Source: Patescibacteria group bacterium (GTDB lineage: Bacteria; Patescibacteriota; Patescibacteriia; JAQUQO01). Taken from it: a stretch of DNA of 64,000 nt. The stretch covers positions 528,897 through 592,896 of the forward strand of contig JAQUQO010000001.1 in NCBI GenBank assembly GCA_028716045.1, read 5' to 3'. The position numbers and the translations under genes are program-made. Positions within the stretch are counted from its first letter, which is position 1. Each line of letters starts with the position of its first letter. The notes under the pieces were generated by a model, which had not been told where the DNA came from, did no database searches, and saw nothing but the letters and a program-made list of their open reading frames with translations. Positions 27,425-36,891 of this stretch are shown here, one piece after another.

Positions 27425-30109
27425 CTATTTTTTGTAAAGTCCTCTCCTGAGAAAAAAACTTTTGGTTAATTCTATCGCGAATAATTCCATTATACCAAGG
27501 CCGAGTAAAAATGTCCAGTCCAAACCGTCTAAAGGCATAGTGCGCAACAATAATTGTAATGGTTTCCAATAAACAGACAAAACCAGCGTCATCAAGCTGA
27601 ATAAAATGGAAAGATTGAGGATATTATTGGAAAAAAGATTGTTGCCCCAAAACGGCCGGCGGAAACTGCGGCAGGCCTGAATGTAAAACAGGGAATCAAT
27701 TGACAGCGCCGCAAAAAGAAAAGTGCGGATATGGTCCAGAGTGTATTCTTTGCCTAAAAAATAAAAAAACAAACCGAAAAGTACCAGGTCAGTAAAAATA
27801 CCGATGATAAAAATAAGGGCCTTCATTTCCGCGTCCATAATCGGCGCTTTTTTAGGATACGGTTTTTCTCGCATTACTTCTTTCTCGCTTGATTCAAAAG
27901 CCAGCGCGAAAGTGGGGAAACCGTCAGCGACCAAATTTACCCATAAAATTTGCGCCGGCAACAACGGCAAAGGCAAACCCAAAAGCAAACTGCCGCCAAT
28001 CAATATTATTTCCGTAAAACTGTCGGACATCAAATAAACAACGACTTTTTTTATATTGTCAAAAATGGCTCTCCCCTGTTCCACTGCCTTCACGATAGTC
28101 CTGAAATTATTATCTAATAAAACTAAATCCGCCGTTTCTTTGGTGATATCACTGCCCGACCCCACCGCCACTCCAATATCCGCCGATTTTATCGCCGGAG
28201 CGTCGTTGACGCCGTCGCCGGTCATAGCCACCACTTCTCCCTGTGATTGTAGGGCATCAACAATACGAATTTTATGTTTAGGAGTGACACGGGCAAAAAT
28301 ATAAATAGATTTTATTTTTTTACGCAGCTCCGCGTCACTCATTTGTTCAAGCTCCGGACCGTCTATAATATTCTCCGCTCTAACTTTCAGTCCCGCTTCT
28401 TCGGCAATGGCTTTGGCGGTTAAACGATGGTCGCCGGTTACCACTATAGTCCTGATGCCGGCCATTCGGGTAATTCTTAGTGTTTCGGGGACTTCTTTTC
28501 TAAGGGGGTCTTTAAGACCGATAAACCCGACTAAAACAATTTCTTGCACATCGTTTTCCGAAATTATTTTCACGTCTTTGCTTAATTCCTTATAACCAAC
28601 CGCCAAAAGTCGTAAGCCCCGGCTGGTCAATTTTTCATAATTATTTTTTAAAATTTTAAAACTTTGAAGGGTTAATCTTTCTTTTCTGCCATCAATTTGT
28701 AGAAATTCCGCCCGCTCCAAAACTTTCTCCGGAGCGCCCTTAATATAAAGCCAGTGGTGATGGCCGCCATCATGCAGAGTCACCATATATTTCTTTTCGG
28801 AATCAAAAGCAATTTCGTCCAGCCGTGGATTATTTTTTTCTAAATCTCTCTTATTAAGACCCGCCTCCACAGCGGCTAACAGCAAAGCGCTTTCCGTGGG
28901 GTCTCCAGAAATAACCCAATCGTCCAAAACGGCTTCGGGATTTTCAATAATGGCATTATTGCAAGCCAACCCGATATTTAGAGCAAAGATATGCGCGGCG
29001 CTATCTTTTATTGACTGCCAATCAAGCCCTTCCGTTTTTAGCCTGCCGCCAAGATAATCATTTAAAAGTTCTTTGCCGGTAAAAATTTCCGTTACCCCCA
29101 TTTTCCCCTCCGTCAGAGTCCCCGTCTTATCAGTACAAATAACCGTGGTGCTCCCCAAGGTTTCCGCCGCCAGTAAATTTCTGACTAAAGACCCTCGTTT
29201 GGAAATTCTTTGCATGCCAATAGCCAAGATTACCGTCACTGCCACAGCCAGACCTTCGGGCATAGCCGAAACGGCAATGGCCACTGCCATAGTAAACATT
29301 TCAAAAAATGACTTGCCAGCAAATGTTCCTAAAATTAAAATGAGAAAACAAATAACCCCCACCGCGCCGCCCATCCACTTGCTTAGTTTGAGAAGCCGCA
29401 ACTGCAACGGAGTTTTATCTTCCGGCGTTTCCCTGATTAAATAAGCCGTTTCCCCCAAAAAAGTGTCGGCGCCAATTTCTGTGACTACCGCCCGCGCCAT
29501 CCCCCGGGTTATCATCGTTCCCATAAAAACCATATTTTCACGGTCAGCCACAGCCAAATCACCGCTTAAAGTCCTGCTTGTCTTATCAACCGGCAAAGAT
29601 TCGCCGGTTAAACTGGCTTCATCAACTTGAAAATCCTTCAATTCTAGTATACGACCGTCAGCTGGTACCCGATCACCCGCTTTAAGAAAAACAATGTCCC
29701 CCGGCACAAGCTCTCCCACTTTAATCTGATGCTCCCAACCATTTCTTATCACCTTCACCCTGTATTCAATCAATTTTTTTAGATTAGTAAGGGCCCGGCT
29801 GGCCTTATTCTCCTCTATAAATCCGACGATGGTATTCACGCCAACGGTTAAAAGTATCACCGCCATATCAACGAACTTTTGGAGGGTTAAACTAATCGCC
29901 GCGGCAAGCAATAAAATATAAATCAAAGGATTTTTAAATTGCGAAAGAAAAATTTGCAAACTTGTTAATTTTTTTTCTTTGGGCAATTCGTTTTTGCCGA
30001 ATTTTTTTTGGCGCGCTAAGACCTCGACGACAGTCAAGCCCTTGGTTGAAGTTTTTAAATCTTTTAAAACTTGCTCAAGCGGCAAATTATGCCAATTTTT
30101 TCTAGTCAT
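27425..30109 (-). CDS. P-type cation-transporting ATPase (type II, Ca2+/Mg2+-like)
   Basis: DKTGTLT phosphorylation motif, TGDGVNDAPA, 10 TMs, 894 aa. Confidence 0.85.
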   Translation of the reverse strand: MTRKNWHNLPLEQVLKDLKTSTKGLTVVEVLARQKKFGKNELPKEKKLTSLQIFLSQFKNPLIYILLLAAAISLTLQKFVDMAVILLTVGVNTIVGFIEENKASRALTNLKKLIEYRVKVIRNGWEHQIKVGELVPGDIVFLKAGDRVPADGRILELKDFQVDEASLTGESLPVDKTSRTLSGDLAVADRENMVFMGTMITRGMARAVVTEIGADTFLGETAYLIRETPEDKTPLQLRLLKLSKWMGGAVGVICFLILILGTFAGKSFFEMFTMAVAIAVSAMPEGLAVAVTVILAIGMQRISKRGSLVRNLLAAETLGSTTVICTDKTGTLTEGKMGVTEIFTGKELLNDYLGGRLKTEGLDWQSIKDSAAHIFALNIGLACNNAIIENPEAVLDDWVISGDPTESALLLAAVEAGLNKRDLEKNNPRLDEIAFDSEKKYMVTLHDGGHHHWLYIKGAPEKVLERAEFLQIDGRKERLTLQSFKILKNNYEKLTSRGLRLLAVGYKELSKDVKIISENDVQEIVLVGFIGLKDPLRKEVPETLRITRMAGIRTIVVTGDHRLTAKAIAEEAGLKVRAENIIDGPELEQMSDAELRKKIKSIYIFARVTPKHKIRIVDALQSQGEVVAMTGDGVNDAPAIKSADIGVAVGSGSDITKETADLVLLDNNFRTIVKAVEQGRAIFDNIKKVVVYLMSDSFTEIILIGGSLLLGLPLPLLPAQILWVNLVADGFPTFALAFESSEKEVMREKPYPKKAPIMDAEMKALIFIIGIFTDLVLFGLFFYFLGKEYTLDHIRTFLFAALSIDSLFYIQACRSFRRPFWGNNLFSNNILNLSILFSLMTLVLSVYWKPLQLLLRTMPLDGLDWTFLLGLGIMELFAIELTKSFFLRRGLYKK

Positions 30110-30115
30110 AACAAA

Positions 30116-31000
30116 TTAAAAAATGAAGAAAGAGATAAAGAACCCGGCAATTCCCAAAAGAGCAATCGGCGGGAGAGCCGGAATGGGGGTTGGTTTTTGC
30201 GGACGGACAAAAATAAAATGAGTTATAATTACTCCGACAAACGAAAAAAGAGAAACTATCAAGGCGTTTAAAATGTTAAAGTTAGCCGCGGCCGCCGCCA
30301 AAATTAAAGGTAGGGCAAAATCTCCCCCGCCCATAATCACAAAATCTTGCCCGACCTTAATCTCCGACAGGTCGGCTTTCCATTTTAATATTTTCTCGGG
30401 AATGATAAGGGCGATAATGACTCCGCGTTCCATCAACCCTTTGGCCATAGCCACCATATGCTTAGTTCCGTAAACAGCCACTACGTCATAAACGGATAAA
30501 ATAAACAAAATGAGAACGGCTGTCCAGGGGTTAAGGGAATTGCCGAAACTGCCGCCAATCCCCGACAAGACCAAAACCATAATTAAATTATGAAGCCAAA
30601 TTTTCTGATAAAATTTCCTGATCACCAAAAGTAGAATGGCTGCCATAACCGAAAGGAAATTATTGAGCCAAAAGCTTAAAACAATTTCTAAACCGCCCCA
30701 AAGAGCTAAAACATAAAAAAACATTAAAATTCTTTTCCCTCCCCTGAACTTTAAAAGAAACAAGATTGCCAACGTGGCCAGCAAAAAATAGATTAACGCC
30801 CCCGACCAACTTAATTCTTCCACCGCGACGGTGCCGGCAACTGTCATTAAATTCAAACGCCAGGAAAAATAGATGCCTAAAGAAAAAACTAATAAAAACA
30901 ATAATAGCTCTTCCGCGAGCAACACAATTTTATATTTTATTAAAAAATCCCTCAATTTGCCCATGCCTAAATAAAAATGATTATTCTTTAAGTTTACCAT
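30116..31000 (-). CDS. polytopic membrane protein, possible presenilin/signal-peptide-peptidase-like aspartyl protease
   Basis: YD (SVYDVVAV) and GxGD-like (MGGGDFALP) motifs in adjacent TMs; tentative. Confidence 0.4.
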   Translation of the reverse strand: MVNLKNNHFYLGMGKLRDFLIKYKIVLLAEELLLFLLVFSLGIYFSWRLNLMTVAGTVAVEELSWSGALIYFLLATLAILFLLKFRGGKRILMFFYVLALWGGLEIVLSFWLNNFLSVMAAILLLVIRKFYQKIWLHNLIMVLVLSGIGGSFGNSLNPWTAVLILFILSVYDVVAVYGTKHMVAMAKGLMERGVIIALIIPEKILKWKADLSEIKVGQDFVIMGGGDFALPLILAAAAANFNILNALIVSLFSFVGVIITHFIFVRPQKPTPIPALPPIALLGIAGFFISFFIF

Positions 31001-31126
31001 AAAAACAACTTGACCCCGAAATTGTCCCCGTTTGGACGGGGACGCAACGGGGCAGGACGAGGATTTTTGAGTAACTTAAAATAATCAGCACACTCCTCCG
31101 GTAAGCGCTATGGCGCCTCAAAAAAC

Positions 31127-31155
31127 TTGACAAAAATGCCCTAAAATGCTATAAT
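31127..31155 (+). promoter_or_regulatory. consensus promoter TTGACA-17-TATAAT
   Basis: TTGACA 31127-31132; TATAAT 31150-31155. Confidence 0.6.
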
Positions 31156-31181
31156 AAACAAGTAAATAATAATACAAAATT

Positions 31182-31253
31182 ATGTACTGCGAACCATGCC
31201 CAGATTGCGGCAAAGATCCTTGCGAATGCGAGGAATGTGGCTGCAAAAAATAA
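31182..31253 (+). CDS. 23-aa cysteine-rich peptide MYCEPCPDCGKDPCECEECGCKK (8 Cys; metallothionein-like)
   Basis: ORF sits exactly between the consensus promoter and a strong terminator. No SD; short leader. Confidence 0.5.
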   Translation: MYCEPCPDCGKDPCECEECGCKK

Positions 31254-31263
31254 TATATCTAAA

Positions 31264-31292
31264 ACAGTCCCGAACACTCGGGACTGTTTTTT
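31264..31292 (+). terminator. rho-independent terminator (ACAGTCCCGA-ACA-CTCGGGACTGT + T5)
   Basis: 10-bp stem, T-run. Confidence 0.75.
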
Positions 31293-31310
31293 ATTACAAA
31301 AAATATGCTC

Positions 31311-32369
31311 TTAAATTATTCTGATTATTTCTTCGCTAATCTTCTCCGCCGCGTTAGTGGGGATAATTTTTTTTATATTCTCACTTAAACTCTCCAGCCC
31401 CTTTTTGTCTTGAAGCAGTTCTCTAATTTGAGATACAAAACTGGAAACCCCCAAACCGTCTTGCTCTAATAAAATCGCCCCTCCGTTAGCGGAAAAAACT
31501 TTAGCATTGGCTTCTTGATGGGAGTCAGGTATGGGGATAATCACGGCCGGTTTGCCCAAGCGGGATAACTCGGTCAGGGTTCCCATACCCGCCCGCGTGA
31601 CCACTAAGTCGGCAACGACGTAGGCCTCAGCCATTTCGCCGGTTAAAAATTCGTAGGCGTGATAATTTTCAAACTCTCCGGCTTGGATTCTCTTGCCTTT
31701 GCCGGTGAGATGGATAACCTGACAAAATTTAATTAATTCCGGGAGCGCTTCCAGAACCAAGTGATTAACCGCCAGCGCGCCGGTACCGCCGCCCAAAATC
31801 AGAAGCGTGGGCAAATCGCTTTTCAGACCGAAAAAATGTACTCCTCTGTTTCTATCGCCCTGTAAAATTTCCTCCCTCACTGGATTACCCACCACCACCG
31901 TTTTTTTCTGCTTAAACTTTTCCGCCGATTGCGGCAGGGCTAAGGTAATTTTTTTGGCAACCGGAGACATTAATTTATTGGCTAACCCCGGGATAACATC
32001 TTGCTGATGGATTAAAGAAGGTACGCCTAAAAACCATCCCGCCCAAACCACCGGCACGGAAACAAAACCGCCGGCCGATAAAATTACCCCCGGCTTTTCG
32101 CGGGAGATTATCTCAAGCGATTCAAAAAATCCCGCAAAAATAAAAAAAATGTCCGCGATATTTTGTAAACTAAAATAGCGGCGCCATTTACCGCAATCAA
32201 TGGTTAAAAATTTTACATTTTCTTTCAAAATAAGCTCTTTCTCGGGTCCATGTTTCGTGCCAATCCAAATAAATTCCGACTGGGGAAATTTTTCTCTAAA
32301 TTTTTTTACTACGGCCAAAAGCGGAGTCGCCGAACCGGCCGTCCCCCCTCCGGTTAACATTATTTTCAT
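31311..32369 (-). CDS. murG: UDP-GlcNAc:MurNAc-pentapeptide-PP-undecaprenol GlcNAc transferase MurG
   Basis: MLTGGGTAGSATP N-term, GT28 fold, 352 aa. Confidence 0.85.
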   Translation of the reverse strand: MKIMLTGGGTAGSATPLLAVVKKFREKFPQSEFIWIGTKHGPEKELILKENVKFLTIDCGKWRRYFSLQNIADIFFIFAGFFESLEIISREKPGVILSAGGFVSVPVVWAGWFLGVPSLIHQQDVIPGLANKLMSPVAKKITLALPQSAEKFKQKKTVVVGNPVREEILQGDRNRGVHFFGLKSDLPTLLILGGGTGALAVNHLVLEALPELIKFCQVIHLTGKGKRIQAGEFENYHAYEFLTGEMAEAYVVADLVVTRAGMGTLTELSRLGKPAVIIPIPDSHQEANAKVFSANGGAILLEQDGLGVSSFVSQIRELLQDKKGLESLSENIKKIIPTNAAEKISEEIIRII

Positions 32370-32446
32370 AGATGTAAAAAAATTAAATTATTGGAATTAT
32401 TATATCTATATTTACTGTAGTCGGTAGACAATAAGCGGTAATCGGC

Positions 32447-33544
32447 TTATTTCGCTTGCGAAGATATATTAACTAAAATTCCGGCGGCGGCCAAAGAAAC
32501 AACCATCGAAGAACTGCCGTAGGAAATAAAGGGCAACGGCACGCCGGTCATAGGCATAATTCCTATCATGGAAGCGATATTAACAAATGCCTGCCCGACA
32601 ATCCAAACTACAATACCCACGGCCACTATGCGGCCGAATAAATCGGGGGCGTTTTGGGCGACTTTAAAGCCGCGATACATAAAAAATAAAAAAGCGCCGA
32701 CCAGCAGAGCGGCAAAAATAAACCCCAACTCTTCGGCAATAACGGCAAAGATGGAATCCGTGGTGACTTCCGGCAGATACTGGAACTTCTGGCGCGACTG
32801 GCCGAACCCTCGGCCCCAAAAACCGCCGGAGCCAATCGCTAAAAACGCTTGATTGATATGGTAGCCGATTCCTTGCGGGTCAAGTTCGGGATTCAAAAAA
32901 ACCATAAAACGGCTGGCGCGATAAGGCGCTATTTTAACGAGCAACCAAAGGACAACGACGCCAATGCCGCTTAAAAGTATGACATGAGACCAAGCCGCTC
33001 CGGCCAAAAAATAAACCGCCAAAGAATATAAAACAATAATGGACATAGTGCCAACATCCGGCTGTAAAATCATCAAAACCATTATTATGCCAAGTAAGAA
33101 AAAAAATGGCATAAAACCATAAGAAAAATCCGCCAGGCCGCGGCTACTGCGAGATTCTAACCACGTTGCTAAATATAAAAGAAAGGTTAGCTTGACTAAC
33201 TCCGACGGCTGGAAGCTGAATGTCCCCAAAAAAATCCATCGGCTGGCGCCTTTGATTTCCCTGCCAATACCTGGCAAAAAAACCGCGACCAGCAAAACTA
33301 TAGTTATGACTAAAAGCGGAAAGGCAATTTTTTTCCAAAAATGATAATCAATTTTACTAAAAATTATAAAAGCGGCGGTACCGAATAGAAAGCCAAATAG
33401 CAACTGATGTTTAAATAAAAAATAGCTGTCGCCGTAATTCAAATACGACAAGGCCGAACTGGCGGAAGACAGCATCGCTAAACCAAAAGCAACTATCCCA
33501 AAAATAGTGGCGATTAAAATATAATCCGGTCTGCGTTCTCTCAT
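32447..33544 (-). CDS. ftsW: SEDS-family peptidoglycan glycosyltransferase FtsW/RodA
   Basis: 10 TMs, conserved loop motifs, 365 aa, between murG and mraY. Confidence 0.8.
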   Translation of the reverse strand: MRERRPDYILIATIFGIVAFGLAMLSSASSALSYLNYGDSYFLFKHQLLFGFLFGTAAFIIFSKIDYHFWKKIAFPLLVITIVLLVAVFLPGIGREIKGASRWIFLGTFSFQPSELVKLTFLLYLATWLESRSSRGLADFSYGFMPFFFLLGIIMVLMILQPDVGTMSIIVLYSLAVYFLAGAAWSHVILLSGIGVVVLWLLVKIAPYRASRFMVFLNPELDPQGIGYHINQAFLAIGSGGFWGRGFGQSRQKFQYLPEVTTDSIFAVIAEELGFIFAALLVGAFLFFMYRGFKVAQNAPDLFGRIVAVGIVVWIVGQAFVNIASMIGIMPMTGVPLPFISYGSSSMVVSLAAAGILVNISSQAK

Positions 33545-33617
33545 ATTTTTTTATAATATCATAAAAACACGGAACACGAAATATGAATGTAAAACACGTA
33601 CTATGGAACATGGGTAT

Positions 33618-33653
33618 AAAAATAAAACCCCGCTTTGTTTCGCTAAAGCGGGG
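33618..33653 (-). terminator. rho-independent terminator (minus) after 33687-34535 gene
   Basis: CCCCGCTTT-GTTTCGCT-AAAGCGGGG with U-tract on minus. Confidence 0.6.
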
Positions 33654-33686
33654 CGGTTGTGACCCAAGTATCAAGGAACTAAATAT

Positions 33687-34535
33687 CTATAAAACTATTA
33701 AGAAACGGAAACCAACGTGACCGTAATGGTCGTCGTGCCAACGCTCGCGCACCCCCGCCAGCCCCCCATCATCACAATCACCTGTTATGAGATGGTGCTC
33801 CGAGGAAATATTTGCACACCACTCCCAATACTCAGGTTTGCCCAGGTCAGGCAACTGCTCCCGATGGTTCTCTCGTAACCAGTTAAACATATTGCCAAGA
33901 AAATTCCACTCTTCGACCGTTGGCAAGCATACATGATTTTTCGGAAAGCCAGTGATTTTGGCGGCCCTGGCGAGAAGACCAGTGTCATTATAAAAATCAC
34001 TATCATATTCCACAGAGAAACGGCTTTTGAGCTTAAGCTTTACTCTAAGGAGATCATTTGAGTAATCATCTCGATCGATGGTTTCAATTGCCACCCATCG
34101 TCCCAAGAGCGGCTTGCGCTCAGTATCATCTGCGTCGAGGCCACGGTTTCCCCATTCGGGTTTTATAAAATCCGAGGGGTATTCATCCTCACTGACTGCT
34201 GGGATAAAGAAAGATCGGAAACCGAACTTGACCAGTGACTTCATCTGCTGCGGGGTGAGTTTAGGCACCAGCGGAACCTTACAAGAGATTTCTATTTCAT
34301 TGTAAACGTCCTGCATCCAAACCCGAAGGTTGTCCCTGGGGACGACGAGACCGAATGGTGTCTCGCGCCAACGCGTAGGGTCCTCGAGGAACGCGTTAAG
34401 ATCCTCAGAAAAAATCTGGCCTGCAGCCGCACGCTCAATAAGCTGTCTGATCTGTCCTGTTGTAATAGAATCCATCTTCTCCTCCTCGCCCATTGGCACA
34501 AGCCGCGGCAACTCCCTTGGAGTCGATGCGACCAT
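33687..34535 (-). CDS. GC-rich hypothetical protein; C-terminus weakly FGE/SUMF1-like (..EYWEWCANI...GHVGFRF)
   Basis: ~50% GC versus ~40% in neighbours. Own terminator and ~200-nt upstream region. Inserted between mraY and ftsW. Confidence 0.5.
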   Translation of the reverse strand: MVASTPRELPRLVPMGEEEKMDSITTGQIRQLIERAAAGQIFSEDLNAFLEDPTRWRETPFGLVVPRDNLRVWMQDVYNEIEISCKVPLVPKLTPQQMKSLVKFGFRSFFIPAVSEDEYPSDFIKPEWGNRGLDADDTERKPLLGRWVAIETIDRDDYSNDLLRVKLKLKSRFSVEYDSDFYNDTGLLARAAKITGFPKNHVCLPTVEEWNFLGNMFNWLRENHREQLPDLGKPEYWEWCANISSEHHLITGDCDDGGLAGVRERWHDDHYGHVGFRFLIVL

Positions 34536-34735
34536 TCACCTTTAGGCAATTTGATTTACTCCTGTCTTCCGGACAGACACGGTTTCCCATTCTTCGGGAT
34601 GTTCTATTATCCCATAAGTTTAAAAAATGTCAATAGCCCATACGGTTTATATTGGGTCACCACACGCGTAACATAAAAATACGTAAATAAAAACTGCCAA
34701 AAGCGGTTTCTTATCCTCGTGTTCCATGTTATATG

Positions 34736-35788
34736 TTAGGTGATTCCTTTATCTATCAAGGCAATAATCAACCCCATTACCGCCGTCACGCCGGCAATAA
34801 TCCAGGTACGCATCACGATTTTGGGTTCCGGCCAGCCGATAGCTTCAAAATGATGGTGGAGCGGCGTGGAAAGAAATATCTTTTTATGCCTGATTTTTTT
34901 AGATAAAATCTGAACAATCACGGAAAGGGATTCCAGGGCAAAAATAAAACCAATGACCGGCAAAAGCAAAATGGAATTAGTTAAAATGGCGAGAATGCCC
35001 AAGGTGACACCCAAAGACATCGCGCCCGTATCACCCATAAAAAACCTGGCTGGATTAATGTTAAACCACAGAAAAGCGAGCAGGGCGCCGATAATCACCC
35101 CGCAAAAAGCCGTTAAATCATACTTTCCCTGCGTAAAGGCAATAGCCCCAAAAGCCGCGAAAGAAGCCAGCAACGTCCCTCCGGCCAAACCGTCCAGCCC
35201 ATCGGCTTCATTAACTGAAAAAGAAGTAGCTACCACTACAAAAATATAAAGCGGTATGGCCCAAAGGCCTATGCTGAAAACTCCGAGAAAAGGAACTCGC
35301 ACCACATCCCAATCCAATTTAAAATAAAACCACCAGGTGGCGACCATGGCAATGGCGGTATAAATAATCAAACGATGGCGCATCCTTAACCCTCCGCCAT
35401 TCGGGCCAATGCCCCGGACATTAAGCCAATCATCAATAAAACCGACCAGCGCTGAAGCCACCAGCGCGCCGAGCGGCAAAAGGGTCTGGGGACGAGTGAG
35501 AAAATTAAGCTGTTTTAAAATTTCACTATCAAAATAAGAAGATAAATAGAAAAAAACTAAAGCTAAAACAAGAGTGGTTATCCAAATCAAGAGCCCGCCC
35601 ATGGTGGGCGTTCCCGATTTCCCCCGATGCATTTTGGAAAAAATCGGAGCAGATTTCTCATCGCGGATTTTTTTCCCCAATTTATATTTATATAAAAAGT
35701 GAGTCAGGGCCGGAGTCCAAAGTATGGTGACAATAAAAGACAGGGTGGTTAAGATAAAAATTTTTATAACAGGAAAATAAGCTGTCAT
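34736..35788 (-). CDS. mraY: phospho-N-acetylmuramoyl-pentapeptide transferase MraY
   Basis: 10 TMs; conserved DD and HHH-type loops; 350 aa. Confidence 0.85.
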   Translation of the reverse strand: MTAYFPVIKIFILTTLSFIVTILWTPALTHFLYKYKLGKKIRDEKSAPIFSKMHRGKSGTPTMGGLLIWITTLVLALVFFYLSSYFDSEILKQLNFLTRPQTLLPLGALVASALVGFIDDWLNVRGIGPNGGGLRMRHRLIIYTAIAMVATWWFYFKLDWDVVRVPFLGVFSIGLWAIPLYIFVVVATSFSVNEADGLDGLAGGTLLASFAAFGAIAFTQGKYDLTAFCGVIIGALLAFLWFNINPARFFMGDTGAMSLGVTLGILAILTNSILLLPVIGFIFALESLSVIVQILSKKIRHKKIFLSTPLHHHFEAIGWPEPKIVMRTWIIAGVTAVMGLIIALIDKGIT

Positions 35789-35803
35789 GTTAAATTAATT
35801 AAA

Positions 35804-36184
35804 TTATTGAATGGAAAGGATAAGCAGTCCCGCCCCTAAAATTATCAATCCAACCAAGCAAGAAACAATAACCAACGAATGGCTTAAAAATTTCTCTTTT
35901 TTATAGATAAAATAAGCGAGAAAAAAATTAACCAGCAAAATAAAAAATGCGGTCAGGGGGAAAAGAAAAATTTCGTACCACCGTCCGATGCGGTCAATGC
36001 CAAAATAAATATTATAATGCAAGGGAACGCTTTCCCCGCCGCGGGGCATTTTAAAATAGAGCCACGCCCAAAAAAAGATATTGAAAACTATCCCCAGTGA
36101 TGTCGCTACCCAGATTATTCTGTCTCTTATAAAAAAAGAAAAAGAGACGATGAATTTACTATCAAATAATTTTGCTAAAAACAT
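35804..36184 (-). CDS. small membrane protein (126 aa)
   Basis: 3 TMs; sits between nfu-like and mraY. Confidence 0.5.
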   Translation of the reverse strand: MFLAKLFDSKFIVSFSFFIRDRIIWVATSLGIVFNIFFWAWLYFKMPRGGESVPLHYNIYFGIDRIGRWYEIFLFPLTAFFILLVNFFLAYFIYKKEKFLSHSLVIVSCLVGLIILGAGLLILSIQ

Positions 36185-36188
36185 AAAA

Positions 36189-36419
36189 TTATACTTGAAT
36201 TACTTCTTTAACTTCCGGCACTTCTTTTTTAAGATATTTTTCTACGTGGTTCTTCAGAGTAACGGTGGCCAAAGGACAACCTTGGCAGGCGCCGATTAAT
36301 TTAACCTTAACAACGCCGGTTTTTTTATCAAAACTGACAAATTCAATATCGCCTCCGTCAGCTTCCAAAGTCGGGCGGAGGACATTAAGGGCTTCTAGAA
36401 TTTTTACTTTTGTATCCAT
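36189..36419 (-). CDS. NifU-like Fe-S cluster assembly domain protein (Nfu)
   Basis: LIGACQGCPLATVTLK motif; 76 aa. Confidence 0.75.
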   Translation of the reverse strand: MDTKVKILEALNVLRPTLEADGGDIEFVSFDKKTGVVKVKLIGACQGCPLATVTLKNHVEKYLKKEVPEVKEVIQV

Positions 36420-36485
36420 ATTATTATTAAATAATAACGGGAAAACAACAAAAAGTCAAACCTAACCGCGATTTTCCTTATAATA

Positions 36486-36514
36486 TTGACAGTTTTTTAG
36501 AGTTTTGTTATACT
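36486..36514 (+). promoter_or_regulatory. promoter TTGACA-17-TATACT for rpmA
   Basis: TTGACA 36486-36491; TATACT 36509-36514. Confidence 0.55.
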
Positions 36515-36555
36515 AAAAACACTGATACTTAATTTATTTTAAATTAACCAACAAT

Positions 36556-36840
36556 ATGTCACATAAGAAAGCGGGCGGCAGTACAGCGTTAGGCCGCGAT
36601 TCAGTAGCTAAAAGGTTAGGCGTCAAATTGTACGAAGGCCAGCATGCCAAAGCCGGAAGTATTTTAGTCAGACAACGCGGCACTAAAATCCATCCCGGGC
36701 AGAATGTCAAAAAAGGCGGAGACGACACTTTGTATGCCGCTATCTCCGGATTTGTTAAATTTACCCGCAAACAGGTTCATCGTTTTGACGGGAATTTGAG
36801 CTTGCGCAAATTCATCCACGTTTTGCCGGTAAAAAAATAA
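36556..36840 (+). CDS. rpmA: 50S ribosomal protein L27
   Basis: [16 protein letters not shown]...[10 protein letters not shown] canonical L27. Confidence 0.9.
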   Translation: MSHKKAGGSTALGRDSVAKRLGVKLYEGQHAKAGSILVRQRGTKIHPGQNVKKGGDDTLYAAISGFVKFTRKQVHRFDGNLSLRKFIHVLPVKK

Positions 36841-36857
36841 TATCTTAAATAAAAAAT

Positions 36858-36885
36858 CGTTCCGATTACTCGGGACGGTTTTTTT
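36858..36885. terminator. bidirectional terminator between rpmA and pyrG
   Basis: CGTTCCG-ATTACT-CGGGACG + T7. Confidence 0.7.
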
Positions 36886-36891
36886 ATTTAG

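Noticed and set aside
31014-31062. Nested CCCCG/CGGGG hairpins upstream of the 30116-31000 gene as a riboswitch
   Set aside because: Too short and simple to assign. Likely just a structured 5' leader or terminator-like hairpin.
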